This document shows, piece after piece, positions 28,450 through 36,703 of a stretch of DNA of 63,009 bases (the stretch's first letter is position 1; the number at the start of each line of letters is the position of its first letter). Source of the DNA: a virus (lineage: Duplodnaviria; Caudoviricetes); the IMG/VR virus record IMGVR_UViG_3300042514_001623, positions 1 to 63,009 of that record. One strand, 5' to 3'. A program made the position numbers and the translations under genes. The notes below the pieces were generated by a model, which saw only the letters and a list, made by a program, of their open reading frames with translations, ran no database searches and had not been told where the DNA came from.

Positions 28450-29766
28450 CTATGCAGCGCGCCCCTTCGTGCCCTTGGGCTCCCCGGCCGCACTGGTTCG
28501 AGTCCAATCGCGCCTACCAACATCCGGCCCCGTCTTCTCCTCGGAAGACGGGGTTTTTTGTTGCCCGGACGCCAGGGCCTGGGGAGATTCCAGGGGGATT
28601 TCCTGCCCGGTCATGGCCGCCGCCAGGCGCTGCCGTTCGCTGCCGCCGTCGTTTTCGGGAATCCAGCGCGCGTAGGTGTCCAGCAGCATCTTGACGCTGT
28701 GCCCGGCCTGCGCCGCGATGTACCCGGGCTTGATGCCCCGCATCAGCGCCACCGTGCAGTAGGTGTGCCGGGTGCAGTACGGCCGGCGCCGGCGCACGCC
28801 CAGCAGCTTCAGCGTGGGAACCCAGTAGTGCTCGCGCTGGCTGCGTTCATCGTGCCAGGGCCTGCCCGTCACCGGGTTCTCGAAGATGTCCACCTCGCGG
28901 CCCTCGGTGTCGCGCTTCATGGCGGTGTAGGGCTTCATGGCCTTCAGCGCGTCCAGGGCCGGCGGCACGAGATCCACGTCGCGCACGGTGTGCGTCTTCG
29001 ATCCCTCGCGCTCGGAACCCATGAACGTGCGCACGCGCTGCACCCGGGCCGTGGCCGCGTTCCAGTCGATGTCTTCCCAGCGCAGGGCGATGATCTCCTC
29101 GGGCCGCATGCCGGTGAAGAACGCAAAGGCGAAGTAGGCCCACACGCGGATGTCGTAGCGCTTGCGCATGCTGGACAGGATGGCGTCGCGCTCCGCGATG
29201 GTCAGCGGGTCGGGCAGCTTCTTGACCACGCGGCGGTTCGTGATGTCGGCCAGCGGGTTCTCCAGCGCCTTCGGGCCGCGGAACTCCATGGCGAAGACCC
29301 CCCGCAGCGGGATCATGTAGTTGTTGAACAACCGCGCCGAGGACCACGGGTAGCTGCCGATCTTCACGCTCAGCACCTTGTGGGTCAGTTCGGCCAGCGG
29401 CTTGTCGGCGCCCAGCACCTGCTTCCACACCTTCAGGGCGTTGCGGTACTGCGCGCGGGTGGCCGGTGCGAGCTCGCCCTGGGCCTTCAGCCAGTCGTCG
29501 GCCAGCGCGCCGAAGGTCAGCGCAGCGGCGGGCGCGGCGGCGGCGCGCGGCGAGTCGGGGAAGAACTCGGCCAGGTCGAACGTGCCGGCCGCGATGCGCG
29601 CCCGGATGGCCGCGATGACGCGGTGGGCGTGCTTGATGTTGGGCCCCGTGGGCAACATCGGCACGCCGTTGGTGGTGAGGGTTTCGCGCATGCTCACGCC
29701 GGCGACGGTGAACGCCAGCCGGATGCTCTTGGCGCGGATCTCTACGCCGCTGCCGCCACGGCCCAT
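28450..29766 (-). CDS. int: Tyrosine integrase with N-terminal arm-binding domain
   Basis: TGMRPEE, K(T), YCTRHTY, AGHS..M....Y catalytic pattern. Confidence 0.93.
   Translation of the reverse strand: MGRGGSGVEIRAKSIRLAFTVAGVSMRETLTTNGVPMLPTGPNIKHAHRVIAAIRARIAAGTFDLAEFFPDSPRAAAAPAAALTFGALADDWLKAQGELAPATRAQYRNALKVWKQVLGADKPLAELTHKVLSVKIGSYPWSSARLFNNYMIPLRGVFAMEFRGPKALENPLADITNRRVVKKLPDPLTIAERDAILSSMRKRYDIRVWAYFAFAFFTGMRPEEIIALRWEDIDWNAATARVQRVRTFMGSEREGSKTHTVRDVDLVPPALDALKAMKPYTAMKRDTEGREVDIFENPVTGRPWHDERSQREHYWVPTLKLLGVRRRRPYCTRHTYCTVALMRGIKPGYIAAQAGHSVKMLLDTYARWIPENDGGSERQRLAAAMTGQEIPLESPQALASGQQKTPSSEEKTGPDVGRRDWTRTSAAGEPKGTKGRAA
28494..28519 (+). other. attP core: 3' end (T-arm, acceptor strand, CCA) of a tRNA, probably tRNA-Val(GAC)
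   Basis: TGGTTCGAGTCCAATCGCGCCTACCA; no tRNA 5' half upstream; adjacent to and inside int. Confidence 0.8.
28528..28559 (+). terminator. Intrinsic terminator after the attP tRNA fragment
   Basis: CCCCGTCTTC-N6-GAAGACGGGG-T6. Confidence 0.8.
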
Positions 29767-29966
29767 TCGTGGTATCCCTTCATGCTGATTAGGATGCGGC
29801 CGTCAGGGGCGCGCTTCCAGTGTGTGTGTTCAAGCCACACGCCGTCTTCGATCTTGCGGCGGATGGCCTTCTCGGAGTATCCGGTGCACGCGGATGCAAG
29901 GGTGATCGTGACCCATTGCGCCGGCGCCACCAGCACCGGCCGGGTTTCGGTGGGCTGGTTCATCAA
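29742..29966 (-). CDS. xis: Excisionase
   Basis: TGYSEKAIRRKIEDGVW...W.RAPDGRILI; directly upstream of int. Confidence 0.85.
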   Translation of the reverse strand: MMNQPTETRPVLVAPAQWVTITLASACTGYSEKAIRRKIEDGVWLEHTHWKRAPDGRILISMKGYHEWAVAAAA

Positions 29967-30634
29967 TCCTCCTGCGCCTCAGTGCTGCGCAGCGTTTTCA
30001 GGCGCTGCTCGATGTCTCGCCCGGCCTCGTCGCGGCCCACGGCGTGCCGGCTGCGGTAGCGCAAGAACTCGCGCATCTGCGCCGTGAAGGTTTCGGTCTT
30101 GCGGTCCATGACGCCCATCAGGGACAAGCCAAAGCGGTTGGTCGACTCCACCGCGCCCAGGCGCAACGGGCGCTTGCCCGTGCCAGCGCATGCGGTGCAC
30201 AGCACCATCGGCACGCCGAACCCGCCGGTGAAGCCGCGCCCGGTGCAGTGCTTGCAGTTCGGGCAGATCCACATATCCAGGGCCCGCGCGGCGATCAGGC
30301 GCACCTCGCGGTCCTCGGCCGTGAGGTGGGTCCGCGCGGCGTGCTGCAGGGCAAAGACCATCAGCGCGTCCATCGTGCTGCGCAGGCTTTTCAGCCGGTT
30401 CATGCTGATGGCGTGCGCCGTGGAAAGGCTGGCCGCGGCGAGCTCGCGCTGGTTCAGGAAGTCCCACTCCATGCGCAGGCGGTACAGCCGCGCTCCCAGG
30501 CCGTCAGACGTCCACCCCGACGCGATGAGCATGTCCACGTCGCCGAAGCGATCGGGCGTCACCTCAAGGTGTGAGCTCTCCGTGGCGCGGCTGTACTTTT
30601 CGCCGATGTCGGGGCGGTCTTCAGGTAGGGTCAT
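29963..30634 (-). CDS. Antiterminator Q-like protein with CxxCxGxG Zn finger (223 aa)
   Basis: CKHCTGRG and CTACAGTG; distal end of the nin-like operon. Confidence 0.55.
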   Translation of the reverse strand: MTLPEDRPDIGEKYSRATESSHLEVTPDRFGDVDMLIASGWTSDGLGARLYRLRMEWDFLNQRELAAASLSTAHAISMNRLKSLRSTMDALMVFALQHAARTHLTAEDREVRLIAARALDMWICPNCKHCTGRGFTGGFGVPMVLCTACAGTGKRPLRLGAVESTNRFGLSLMGVMDRKTETFTAQMREFLRYRSRHAVGRDEAGRDIEQRLKTLRSTEAQED

Positions 30635-30660
30635 GCTGCGGGTGGGGTGGGGTTGCTGGG

Positions 30661-31197
30661 TCAGAACGCGGCGATGAGCTCGTGCAGCGCGCGGCTGTAG
30701 CTCTCCATGGCCGCCAGTTGGGCATTCATGCGGCCCTGTTCCTCGGCGGGCAGGCTGGCGAAGACCGGGCCCTTGCCGAACGTGCTCAGCTTGACGATGC
30801 GCTCGTCCAGTTCTGCGGCCTCGGCGCGCACGCGGTCGCGGTGGTCGGCCGGCACGCTGGCCAGCTTCTCCTTCAGGGCGTAGCCCAGCAGCGGCCACAG
30901 TTCCTGCTTCGCGTTCTCGAACGCCACCTTTTCCCCGATGGCCGCGTCGTCGTTCTCGGGTGACACCGCCACAGAGGGCCGGCCAGTGACGGCAAAGCCG
31001 TTCGGCGTGGTGATGACGCACCACCGCAGCACCTGCCCGCACGGTGCGACGTGCCTGACGAACTCGTGCATGGTGATGGCTCTGGCGAGGTCAGCCGGCG
31101 TGACGCGCGGCGCGGTCAGGCCCTTGGCTTTGATCTCCTGCTCGATGGCGTTGTCGTCGGTGCGGGGGGATTCGATGCGGTTCATGGGGAGGTTCAT
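30661..31197 (-). CDS. Phage Gp49/Gp66-family domain fused to a crAss001_48/T4-Y16Q-like helical domain
   Basis: APRVTP...CVI...NGF.VTG....SPEN.D..IG..A...A...LW.L.GY.L, then RV..E..EL..RI.KL..F...F..L...EQ.....Q...M..Y...L...I. Confidence 0.75.
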   Translation of the reverse strand: MNLPMNRIESPRTDDNAIEQEIKAKGLTAPRVTPADLARAITMHEFVRHVAPCGQVLRWCVITTPNGFAVTGRPSVAVSPENDDAAIGEKVAFENAKQELWPLLGYALKEKLASVPADHRDRVRAEAAELDERIVKLSTFGKGPVFASLPAEEQGRMNAQLAAMESYSRALHELIAAF

Positions 31198-31243
31198 CCT
31201 TCGATCAATGCCGCAGCGCGGCGGGTGGGGGAAGTGGTGGCCT

Positions 31244-31696
31244 TCACACGAGGCCTTTCTGGCGCAGACGCACCAGGGAACGTAGGTGGCCCTCGAACCA
31301 CGCTAGGCGCACGTCGGCAGCGCTGATGCCGCCCGGGGCCTTGGCCTGGCCGTCGACCACGGCATCGCAGGCGGTGCAGCAGTACGCGCCGCACAGGTCC
31401 AGGGCCTTGATCGACCTGCCCTTGCCGGCGGCGCCCAGCGGGGCGTGGCTCCAGATGGTCTTGTCGGGGTCGAAGGTGCACGCGCCGGGGATGCGCACGG
31501 TGCAGTCCTCGCCGCGGGCGCTGTCTCGGATGGCCTGCTGCTTGCGGTCGGGTGTCTTCGGCTCGACCTTCGTGCTGGCCGGCGTCGCGGCCATGGCCAG
31601 GGCCAGCAGCCCGCTACCCCGCGCGATGGGGCGCGGCGCCAGGTTCAGGCTCTCCACGGTCTTGACCGGGCGGGGCGGGTGCTTGCGGGTCAGCAT
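31244..31696 (-). CDS. DUF1364/YbcO-like nuclease-fold protein
   Basis: SARGEDCTVRIPG.C, H....GKG..IK..D..GAY.C..C...VDG. Confidence 0.75.
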   Translation of the reverse strand: MLTRKHPPRPVKTVESLNLAPRPIARGSGLLALAMAATPASTKVEPKTPDRKQQAIRDSARGEDCTVRIPGACTFDPDKTIWSHAPLGAAGKGRSIKALDLCGAYCCTACDAVVDGQAKAPGGISAADVRLAWFEGHLRSLVRLRQKGLV

Positions 31697-31929
31697 GCGT
31701 ACACCTCCACCCAATCAAGCTGCCGCGGATCTCGCGCAGGCACCGGCCGGGCTTCCACGAACCGCACGCGCCGAGACTTGGCGCGCGGCTTGCCGTCCTT
31801 GCGCAGTACCTGCGGCAGCACACGGGGCAGGCCCAGGCGTTGCGCGCAAACAGGCCCCACCGGGCCGGCGTCGATGCGCCCGGCCTCCTTCTTGATGCGC
31901 TGGTGGCAGCGCACGCACACGAGGGGCAT
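31690..31929 (-). CDS. Small Zn-binding hypothetical protein
   Basis: CVRC...GPVC motif; coupled starts and stops. Confidence 0.55.
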   Translation of the reverse strand: MPLVCVRCHQRIKKEAGRIDAGPVGPVCAQRLGLPRVLPQVLRKDGKPRAKSRRVRFVEARPVPARDPRQLDWVEVYAC

Positions 31930-32129
31930 CACCGCTTGCCCTCCTTCACGCGCCACGCATCGCTGCCACGCTCGCGTGCATCGCGCAGGCGCTCGGCGGC
32001 CTCCGCATCGCGGGGCTTGCCAGCAGCAGGTGCACACAGTTCTGCGGCGATGCGGGGCCGGTAGCCACCAAGCCACGCGCGCATCTCGGGCGTGAAGAAC
32101 AAGAACCCCGGCTGCTCCCATGGCTTCAT
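31929..32129 (-). CDS. Hypothetical protein (66 aa)
   Basis: Overlapping start and stop with neighbours. Confidence 0.5.
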   Translation of the reverse strand: MKPWEQPGFLFFTPEMRAWLGGYRPRIAAELCAPAAGKPRDAEAAERLRDARERGSDAWRVKEGKR

Positions 32130-32344
32130 CCCTGCCACTCCCAAGCCAGCGGCCGAATACCGTGCGCGCCCCTGCGCTCCCCGTGGCCGTTGGGCTTCAG
32201 CAGGCCGTGGTTGTGGAATGACGCGACCCAGTTCCTTGCGCCTTCAGGGTGCGTGTCCAGCGTTTCCGCCAGGTCGGCAACTGTGAACCGGCGTAGGCGC
32301 TTCATGGCAGCGGCCACCTTGGCCCCGTTGCTCTTGCCGGCCAT
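32126..32344 (-). CDS. Small winged-helix-like protein
   Basis: FTVADLAETL......RNW....HGLL. Confidence 0.55.
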   Translation of the reverse strand: MAGKSNGAKVAAAMKRLRRFTVADLAETLDTHPEGARNWVASFHNHGLLKPNGHGERRGAHGIRPLAWEWQG

Positions 32345-32829
32345 CACAACGTGCACCCTGGGTGCAACTCACGCTTCTTGGACACGTAAGCGGCATGGGC
32401 TTCTTCTGGCGTGTTGAACGTACCAATGTGAATCCGCACGCCCTTAGACATGATCGTCGCCGCCCATTTGCCGTGCCTTGGCGAAGCTCCTAGCAAACCG
32501 CATTTGTTGTTTGAAAGGGCCCGTCTTAAGTTTTGGCAGTTGATTGCTTTTGGCACGTCCCGCAAATTGCAGAATCGGTTATCCAGTGGGTTCCCGTTGA
32601 TGTGGTCCACGAAACCGGAAGGCCAACTGCCAGTCACATAGAGGAACGCCAGCCGATGCACCTGGCAAGGCGCACCTTCTAGGCGAATCACCCTGTAGCC
32701 ATCGCTTCTTAGGTTGCCTGCCAAGTCGCCAGCGCGTGCCGACCCTCTGCGAACCTTCCACCGGAATTCGCCAGTGTCTTGGTTGTATTCAAGAAGCTCT
32801 TTGAGAAGCGATTGAGTCAATGTGCTCAT
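32344..32829 (-). CDS. HNH endonuclease with AP2-like C-terminus
   Basis: YNQDTGEFRW, HRLAFLYVTG.WP, DHINGNPLDNRFCNLR; lower GC. Confidence 0.92.
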   Translation of the reverse strand: MSTLTQSLLKELLEYNQDTGEFRWKVRRGSARAGDLAGNLRSDGYRVIRLEGAPCQVHRLAFLYVTGSWPSGFVDHINGNPLDNRFCNLRDVPKAINCQNLRRALSNNKCGLLGASPRHGKWAATIMSKGVRIHIGTFNTPEEAHAAYVSKKRELHPGCTL

Positions 32830-32832
32830 TGA

Positions 32833-33111
32833 TTAAACCCACCCAGCCTTTCCAGCCAGCACAGCGGCTTCCACGTAGGTGACGCCCAGCCGCGTGGTGA
32901 GCGTGCGGCGCTGGTCCTCGATGGTCTTCTCGGTCTTGCCCCGCTTCCCGGCGATCACCTTGTTGCTGTGGCCCTTGGCCAGCAGCACCAGAACTTCCAC
33001 CTCTGCGGCCGTGAGGCACGACAGCCGCGCCTCGGCCTGCGCGCGGATTTCCTCCAGCGGCGTGGTGATGGGCACGGTGTGGCCGGCGGGCTTGGCTTGA
33101 AACCGGCTCAT
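32833..33111 (-). CDS. LuxR/GerE-type HTH protein (92 aa)
   Basis: LTAAEVEVLVLLAKGHSNKVIA....TEKTIE......RLG. Confidence 0.75.
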   Translation of the reverse strand: MSRFQAKPAGHTVPITTPLEEIRAQAEARLSCLTAAEVEVLVLLAKGHSNKVIAGKRGKTEKTIEDQRRTLTTRLGVTYVEAAVLAGKAGWV

Positions 33112-33527
33112 CGCTTGAACACCAGCATGGCCGCGTCTCTGCCGTGTTCGTTCGTGCGGCCCTGCCAGCCCGTCAGCTTGGCGAACGGCACCGCTTCCAG
33201 CTTTGGCCCCTTGTCCTTGGGGCTCACGGCTTTGTAGGCGCAGCCCAGCATGGACAGCCACTCAGCCCACACGCTGCAATCCCGCTTGATGCTGCCGGCG
33301 CCTTGCTGCTTTTTGTCCGCGCGCTTGCCGAAGTAGCCGGTGCGCAGGCGCGCGTCTTCGTACACCACGGAGTGCAGCACGCCCTCGTTGTGCATGAGCT
33401 GCACGCGGAGCATCGCGGCCACGATGCCCATGCTGTTCACCTCTTCCAGCCGGCCCGTGGTTTTGTCCCACAAGGCAAAGCCGGTGGTGACGCCGGGGTC
33501 GATGCCTACGATCAGGTAGCCGCTCAC
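33108..33527 (-). CDS. RuvC-like (RNase H fold) Holliday junction resolvase
   Basis: VGIDPGVTTGFA, V.E, H.RDAA. Confidence 0.7.
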   Translation of the reverse strand: MSGYLIVGIDPGVTTGFALWDKTTGRLEEVNSMGIVAAMLRVQLMHNEGVLHSVVYEDARLRTGYFGKRADKKQQGAGSIKRDCSVWAEWLSMLGCAYKAVSPKDKGPKLEAVPFAKLTGWQGRTNEHGRDAAMLVFKR

Positions 33528-34006
33528 GCCTGCACCTCCTGCCCCTTCTTCGCGCGCACCGGGCGCACGCCCGTAGAGCCCTCGGGCCAGTCGCGGCCCA
33601 GCGATGTCCTGCTCCACCGCACCCCGCGCAGGTCGCCGAAGGCATGGGCGTAGTCGATGACTTCCACCATCTCGGCGATGGTCATGTCGCTGGTGCTCTT
33701 GCCCCGGCTCAACGACACAAGGCCGTTGCACTCAAGGTCGCGCACCACGCGCTGCCCGTGGATCGTGGCCGTGATGAGGTCTTTCCAGCCCTCCTCATCA
33801 AACCGGCCGCCGTCCCACTCGACTTGCTGGCTCAGGTCTTTCAGGCAGGACCACATCAGCCGGTTCTGCGCCAGGCTGCGGCTGTCCGTCTTGATCGTGA
33901 CGATCAGGTACTTGCCGGCGGCCAGCAGCGGCTTGATCTGCGCCCACAAGGCCAGCAAGGCGCGGTGCGCGGCGGCAAGCTCGCGGAGTTCGACGGTCCA
34001 CTTCAC
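33524..34006 (-). CDS. ninB: NinB/Orf-family recombination protein
   Basis: RSLAQNRLMW..L.D.S.QV.W, STS.M...EM. Confidence 0.85.
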   Translation of the reverse strand: MKWTVELRELAAAHRALLALWAQIKPLLAAGKYLIVTIKTDSRSLAQNRLMWSCLKDLSQQVEWDGGRFDEEGWKDLITATIHGQRVVRDLECNGLVSLSRGKSTSDMTIAEMVEVIDYAHAFGDLRGVRWSRTSLGRDWPEGSTGVRPVRAKKGQEVQA

Positions 34007-34094
34007 AGCGTGCCCCCTGCCGGCCGGCGCGTCGCGTGCGTAGGTGAGGTAGTAGCGCTCATAGAGAAACAGCCAAATGCTTTCTTCGTTGGTG

Positions 34095-34235
34095 CCGTTT
34101 GGTGGACGGACCCAGCCTGCCGGATGAGTCCTTCACTACGTGCCGTCTGGAGCCACATAGACCCGGTAGCCGCTCGACGCTGGGGCGCTGCCTTCGCCAC
34201 CCCGCCCCTCTGCTTCCGCGTCTTGCCCCCGGTAG
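34095..34235 (-). ncRNA. Candidate structured RNA between primase and ninB
   Basis: Minus-strand stems GGGGCG/CGCCCC and GGACTCA/TGGGTCC, plus a GGTGG/CCACC long-range pair; no convincing CDS. Confidence 0.35.
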
Positions 34236-34295
34236 AGGTGTCGTGTCCCGCGCGCCGGTGTCTGCTTGGCGTCCGCGCGGGGCATCGAGGCCCGC

Positions 34296-35207
34296 TCACG
34301 GCACAGGCTCCATCACGTAGCGGGCCTGGGCCAGCACCGCGCGTTCCAGCTTCCGCGGCGAGCCTTCGCCAAGTTCCTTGAGGAAATCAGCCCAGTCGCT
34401 GCCTTCAATGCCCGTGGGGTAGGCCACACCGCAGCCGATCAACTCGGCCGCGTTGCGCGCCTTGTCCAGGCCGGGGTTGAAGCCGCGGCGGGCCAGCGTG
34501 GCGTGGTCGTTGTCGGCGCCGATCACCACGCTGCCCGACAGCTTCAAGCGCCCCACCACCGGCAGCAGGTTGCCGGCGTCAAAGGCCACCACCACGCGCG
34601 CCTGGCGCATGCTCTGAAACACCGCAAGGCCGGTGGCCAAGCCCTCGCACACCACGGTGACGGCCGGGCGCTGGCGATCCAGCACCAGGCACCCCGCCTT
34701 GACAGGCGCACCCGGCCAGAAACGCTTGGCGCCGTCTGCGGTGATGGTCTGCACGCTGATGAGCCATTCACCCAGCCACACAGGCACCACCAGCAGCCCG
34801 TCGTGCGTGCGCAGGCTCGCGCAGCCCAGCGGGCTCAGGCCCTTGTCGGCGATGTACTTGTGCGGCCGGTTCAGCGGGCGCGCAGCAGCCCAGAACGTGC
34901 GGGCGCTGCGCATGGCCTGCAGTCGGTGCGCGCGCTCGCGCTCGCGCTGCTGGCGTGTCTGCTCGGCCATGCGCGCCACAGCAGCCGCATCGACCTTCGC
35001 GTGTTCGTCCTTCCAGTGGCCCAGCGCCTCGCCGCCGCCGCTGCCCCAATCACCCCAGGAGCCATGGCCATCCGGGTGCAGCACAAACCAGCCGTTGCGC
35101 TTGCCTGGCTTGCTTTCGGTCGGGCAGCGGCGGATGACGCCATCGGCCTTGATGTCGCTGCTGCGCGGGCGCAGGCCAGCGAAGCGGAGTGCCTGCTCAA
35201 AGCTCAT
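34296..35207 (-). CDS. TOPRIM-domain DNA primase (303 aa)
   Basis: CEGLATG, VAFDAGNL, ADND, DWAD; coupled to helicase. Confidence 0.88.
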   Translation of the reverse strand: MSFEQALRFAGLRPRSSDIKADGVIRRCPTESKPGKRNGWFVLHPDGHGSWGDWGSGGGEALGHWKDEHAKVDAAAVARMAEQTRQQRERERAHRLQAMRSARTFWAAARPLNRPHKYIADKGLSPLGCASLRTHDGLLVVPVWLGEWLISVQTITADGAKRFWPGAPVKAGCLVLDRQRPAVTVVCEGLATGLAVFQSMRQARVVVAFDAGNLLPVVGRLKLSGSVVIGADNDHATLARRGFNPGLDKARNAAELIGCGVAYPTGIEGSDWADFLKELGEGSPRKLERAVLAQARYVMEPVP

Positions 35208-36703
35208 GCCGGCACCGCCTCGCGCTGCGCGGCCTTCTGGCGGCCCTTGGCCCAGCGGATCTGGTTCGCCCGGATGCGATTGCGGACCTCGGCCGTGCAC
35301 GGCTCGGGCGTCGTCGTCTCGACGCGCGCCTTGGCGAACGTGCCAGTAAGCTCGTGGTACATGGCCTGCGCCTTGCGCTGCGCGCGCTCCATGTCCTGCG
35401 TGCCTTCCAGCACGTAAGACACGATCTGCGGCCACAGCTTCTTGCGCAGCAGGCCCTGGTCGCCGTGAGCGATGAGTTCCTTCAGCGTGCCAGGCACATG
35501 CTGCACCGCGGCCTTCTTCGGGTACTCGTGGCCGCAGTTCGGGCAGAACGGCATCGGCCGGTGCAGGTGGCCGCAGCTTCCGCACTTGACCGGCTCGGCC
35601 TCAACCTTCTTCTCGGCCTTCTTCTTGTCCTTGGGCTTGCCGTCGTCCAGTTCGGCTAAGCCGTTGTCGAAGAACTCTTCGGTGTCAGCCCAAAACCGGG
35701 CCATGTTCCCTGAGTGGCACAGCACCAGGCAGTCCGTCTTGTTGTCCGCGATGCGAAGGCCGCGGCCCAGCAGCTGGATGTGCTCGGCCAAGCTCTTGCG
35801 CAGGGGCCGGGCCATGATGATGCAGCCCACGTCAGGCACGTCGAACCCACGCGAGGCAGCAGTGACAGTGATGAGGCCGCGAATGCTGCTGTCAGGCTTT
35901 CGGAACTCCAGCGTGACATCCGCGCGGTCTTCGTCCTTGTCCTTGTAGGTGTAGCTGGCCACGTTGATGCCCGCGGCCAGAAACTGGCGCTGCAGTTCCT
36001 CAACGTGCGTGGTGTCTACCGCGCTGCAAATGAACTTGCGGCTCTCGCCGTGCTTCAGGTACTCGGCCACCACGTCGCCCACCACTTCCAGCGCCTTCTT
36101 GCTGGCCTGGGTGTCGTCCCACTCGCCGGTGGACTTCACCGCGACGCCACTCATGTCGGGCTCGACGCACGAGAAAACGCGGTACGGGGAAAGCCACTTC
36201 TGGTCTATCAGTTCGCGCGTGGTCGTCACGTTGATGACGACATCGAACCACTTGCCCAGGCCCTTGGTAAAAGGCGTGGCGGTCAAGCCGATCACCACCG
36301 ACTCGTCTTGCTGCAGGCGGGCCTTGTGGCATGCGTGCAGAACGTGCGCCTCATCGAACACGTCCACTTGCGTTTCTGGCCAGCGGCGGCGGGCCAGCGT
36401 CTGCACGCTGCACAACTGCAGCGGCATCGACGGGCGGAACCGGACGTGGCCGCCCTGGATGACGCCGTGGTCAAGCCCGTAGCGGTCGAAGGTGTCGCTG
36501 GTCTGCTGGATCAGGGAGAGCCGGTCCACCACGAACGCGGCGCGGTTCCCCTTCTCCTTCACCATCTCCATGAGGGCCGACGCCAGCACGGTCTTGCCGC
36601 CGCCGGTGGGGGCCACGATGAGGATGCGCTTATGGCCCTGACGCACTGCATCGCGCGCAAGGTCGAACGCGCGCGCCTGGTAATCGCGGAGAGAGACTTT
36701 CAT
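35204..36703 (-). CDS. SF2 DEAH helicase with C-terminal Zn ribbon
   Basis: LRDYQ, PTGGGKT, DEAH, TAT, GFDVP, Q..GRGLR, CxxC/CxxC. Confidence 0.93.
   Translation of the reverse strand: MKVSLRDYQARAFDLARDAVRQGHKRILIVAPTGGGKTVLASALMEMVKEKGNRAAFVVDRLSLIQQTSDTFDRYGLDHGVIQGGHVRFRPSMPLQLCSVQTLARRRWPETQVDVFDEAHVLHACHKARLQQDESVVIGLTATPFTKGLGKWFDVVINVTTTRELIDQKWLSPYRVFSCVEPDMSGVAVKSTGEWDDTQASKKALEVVGDVVAEYLKHGESRKFICSAVDTTHVEELQRQFLAAGINVASYTYKDKDEDRADVTLEFRKPDSSIRGLITVTAASRGFDVPDVGCIIMARPLRKSLAEHIQLLGRGLRIADNKTDCLVLCHSGNMARFWADTEEFFDNGLAELDDGKPKDKKKAEKKVEAEPVKCGSCGHLHRPMPFCPNCGHEYPKKAAVQHVPGTLKELIAHGDQGLLRKKLWPQIVSYVLEGTQDMERAQRKAQAMYHELTGTFAKARVETTTPEPCTAEVRNRIRANQIRWAKGRQKAAQREAVPA

Noticed and set aside
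28494-28519. Complete tRNA gene
   Set aside because: Only T-arm, acceptor 3' strand and CCA are present; no D or anticodon arm, so it is called as attP
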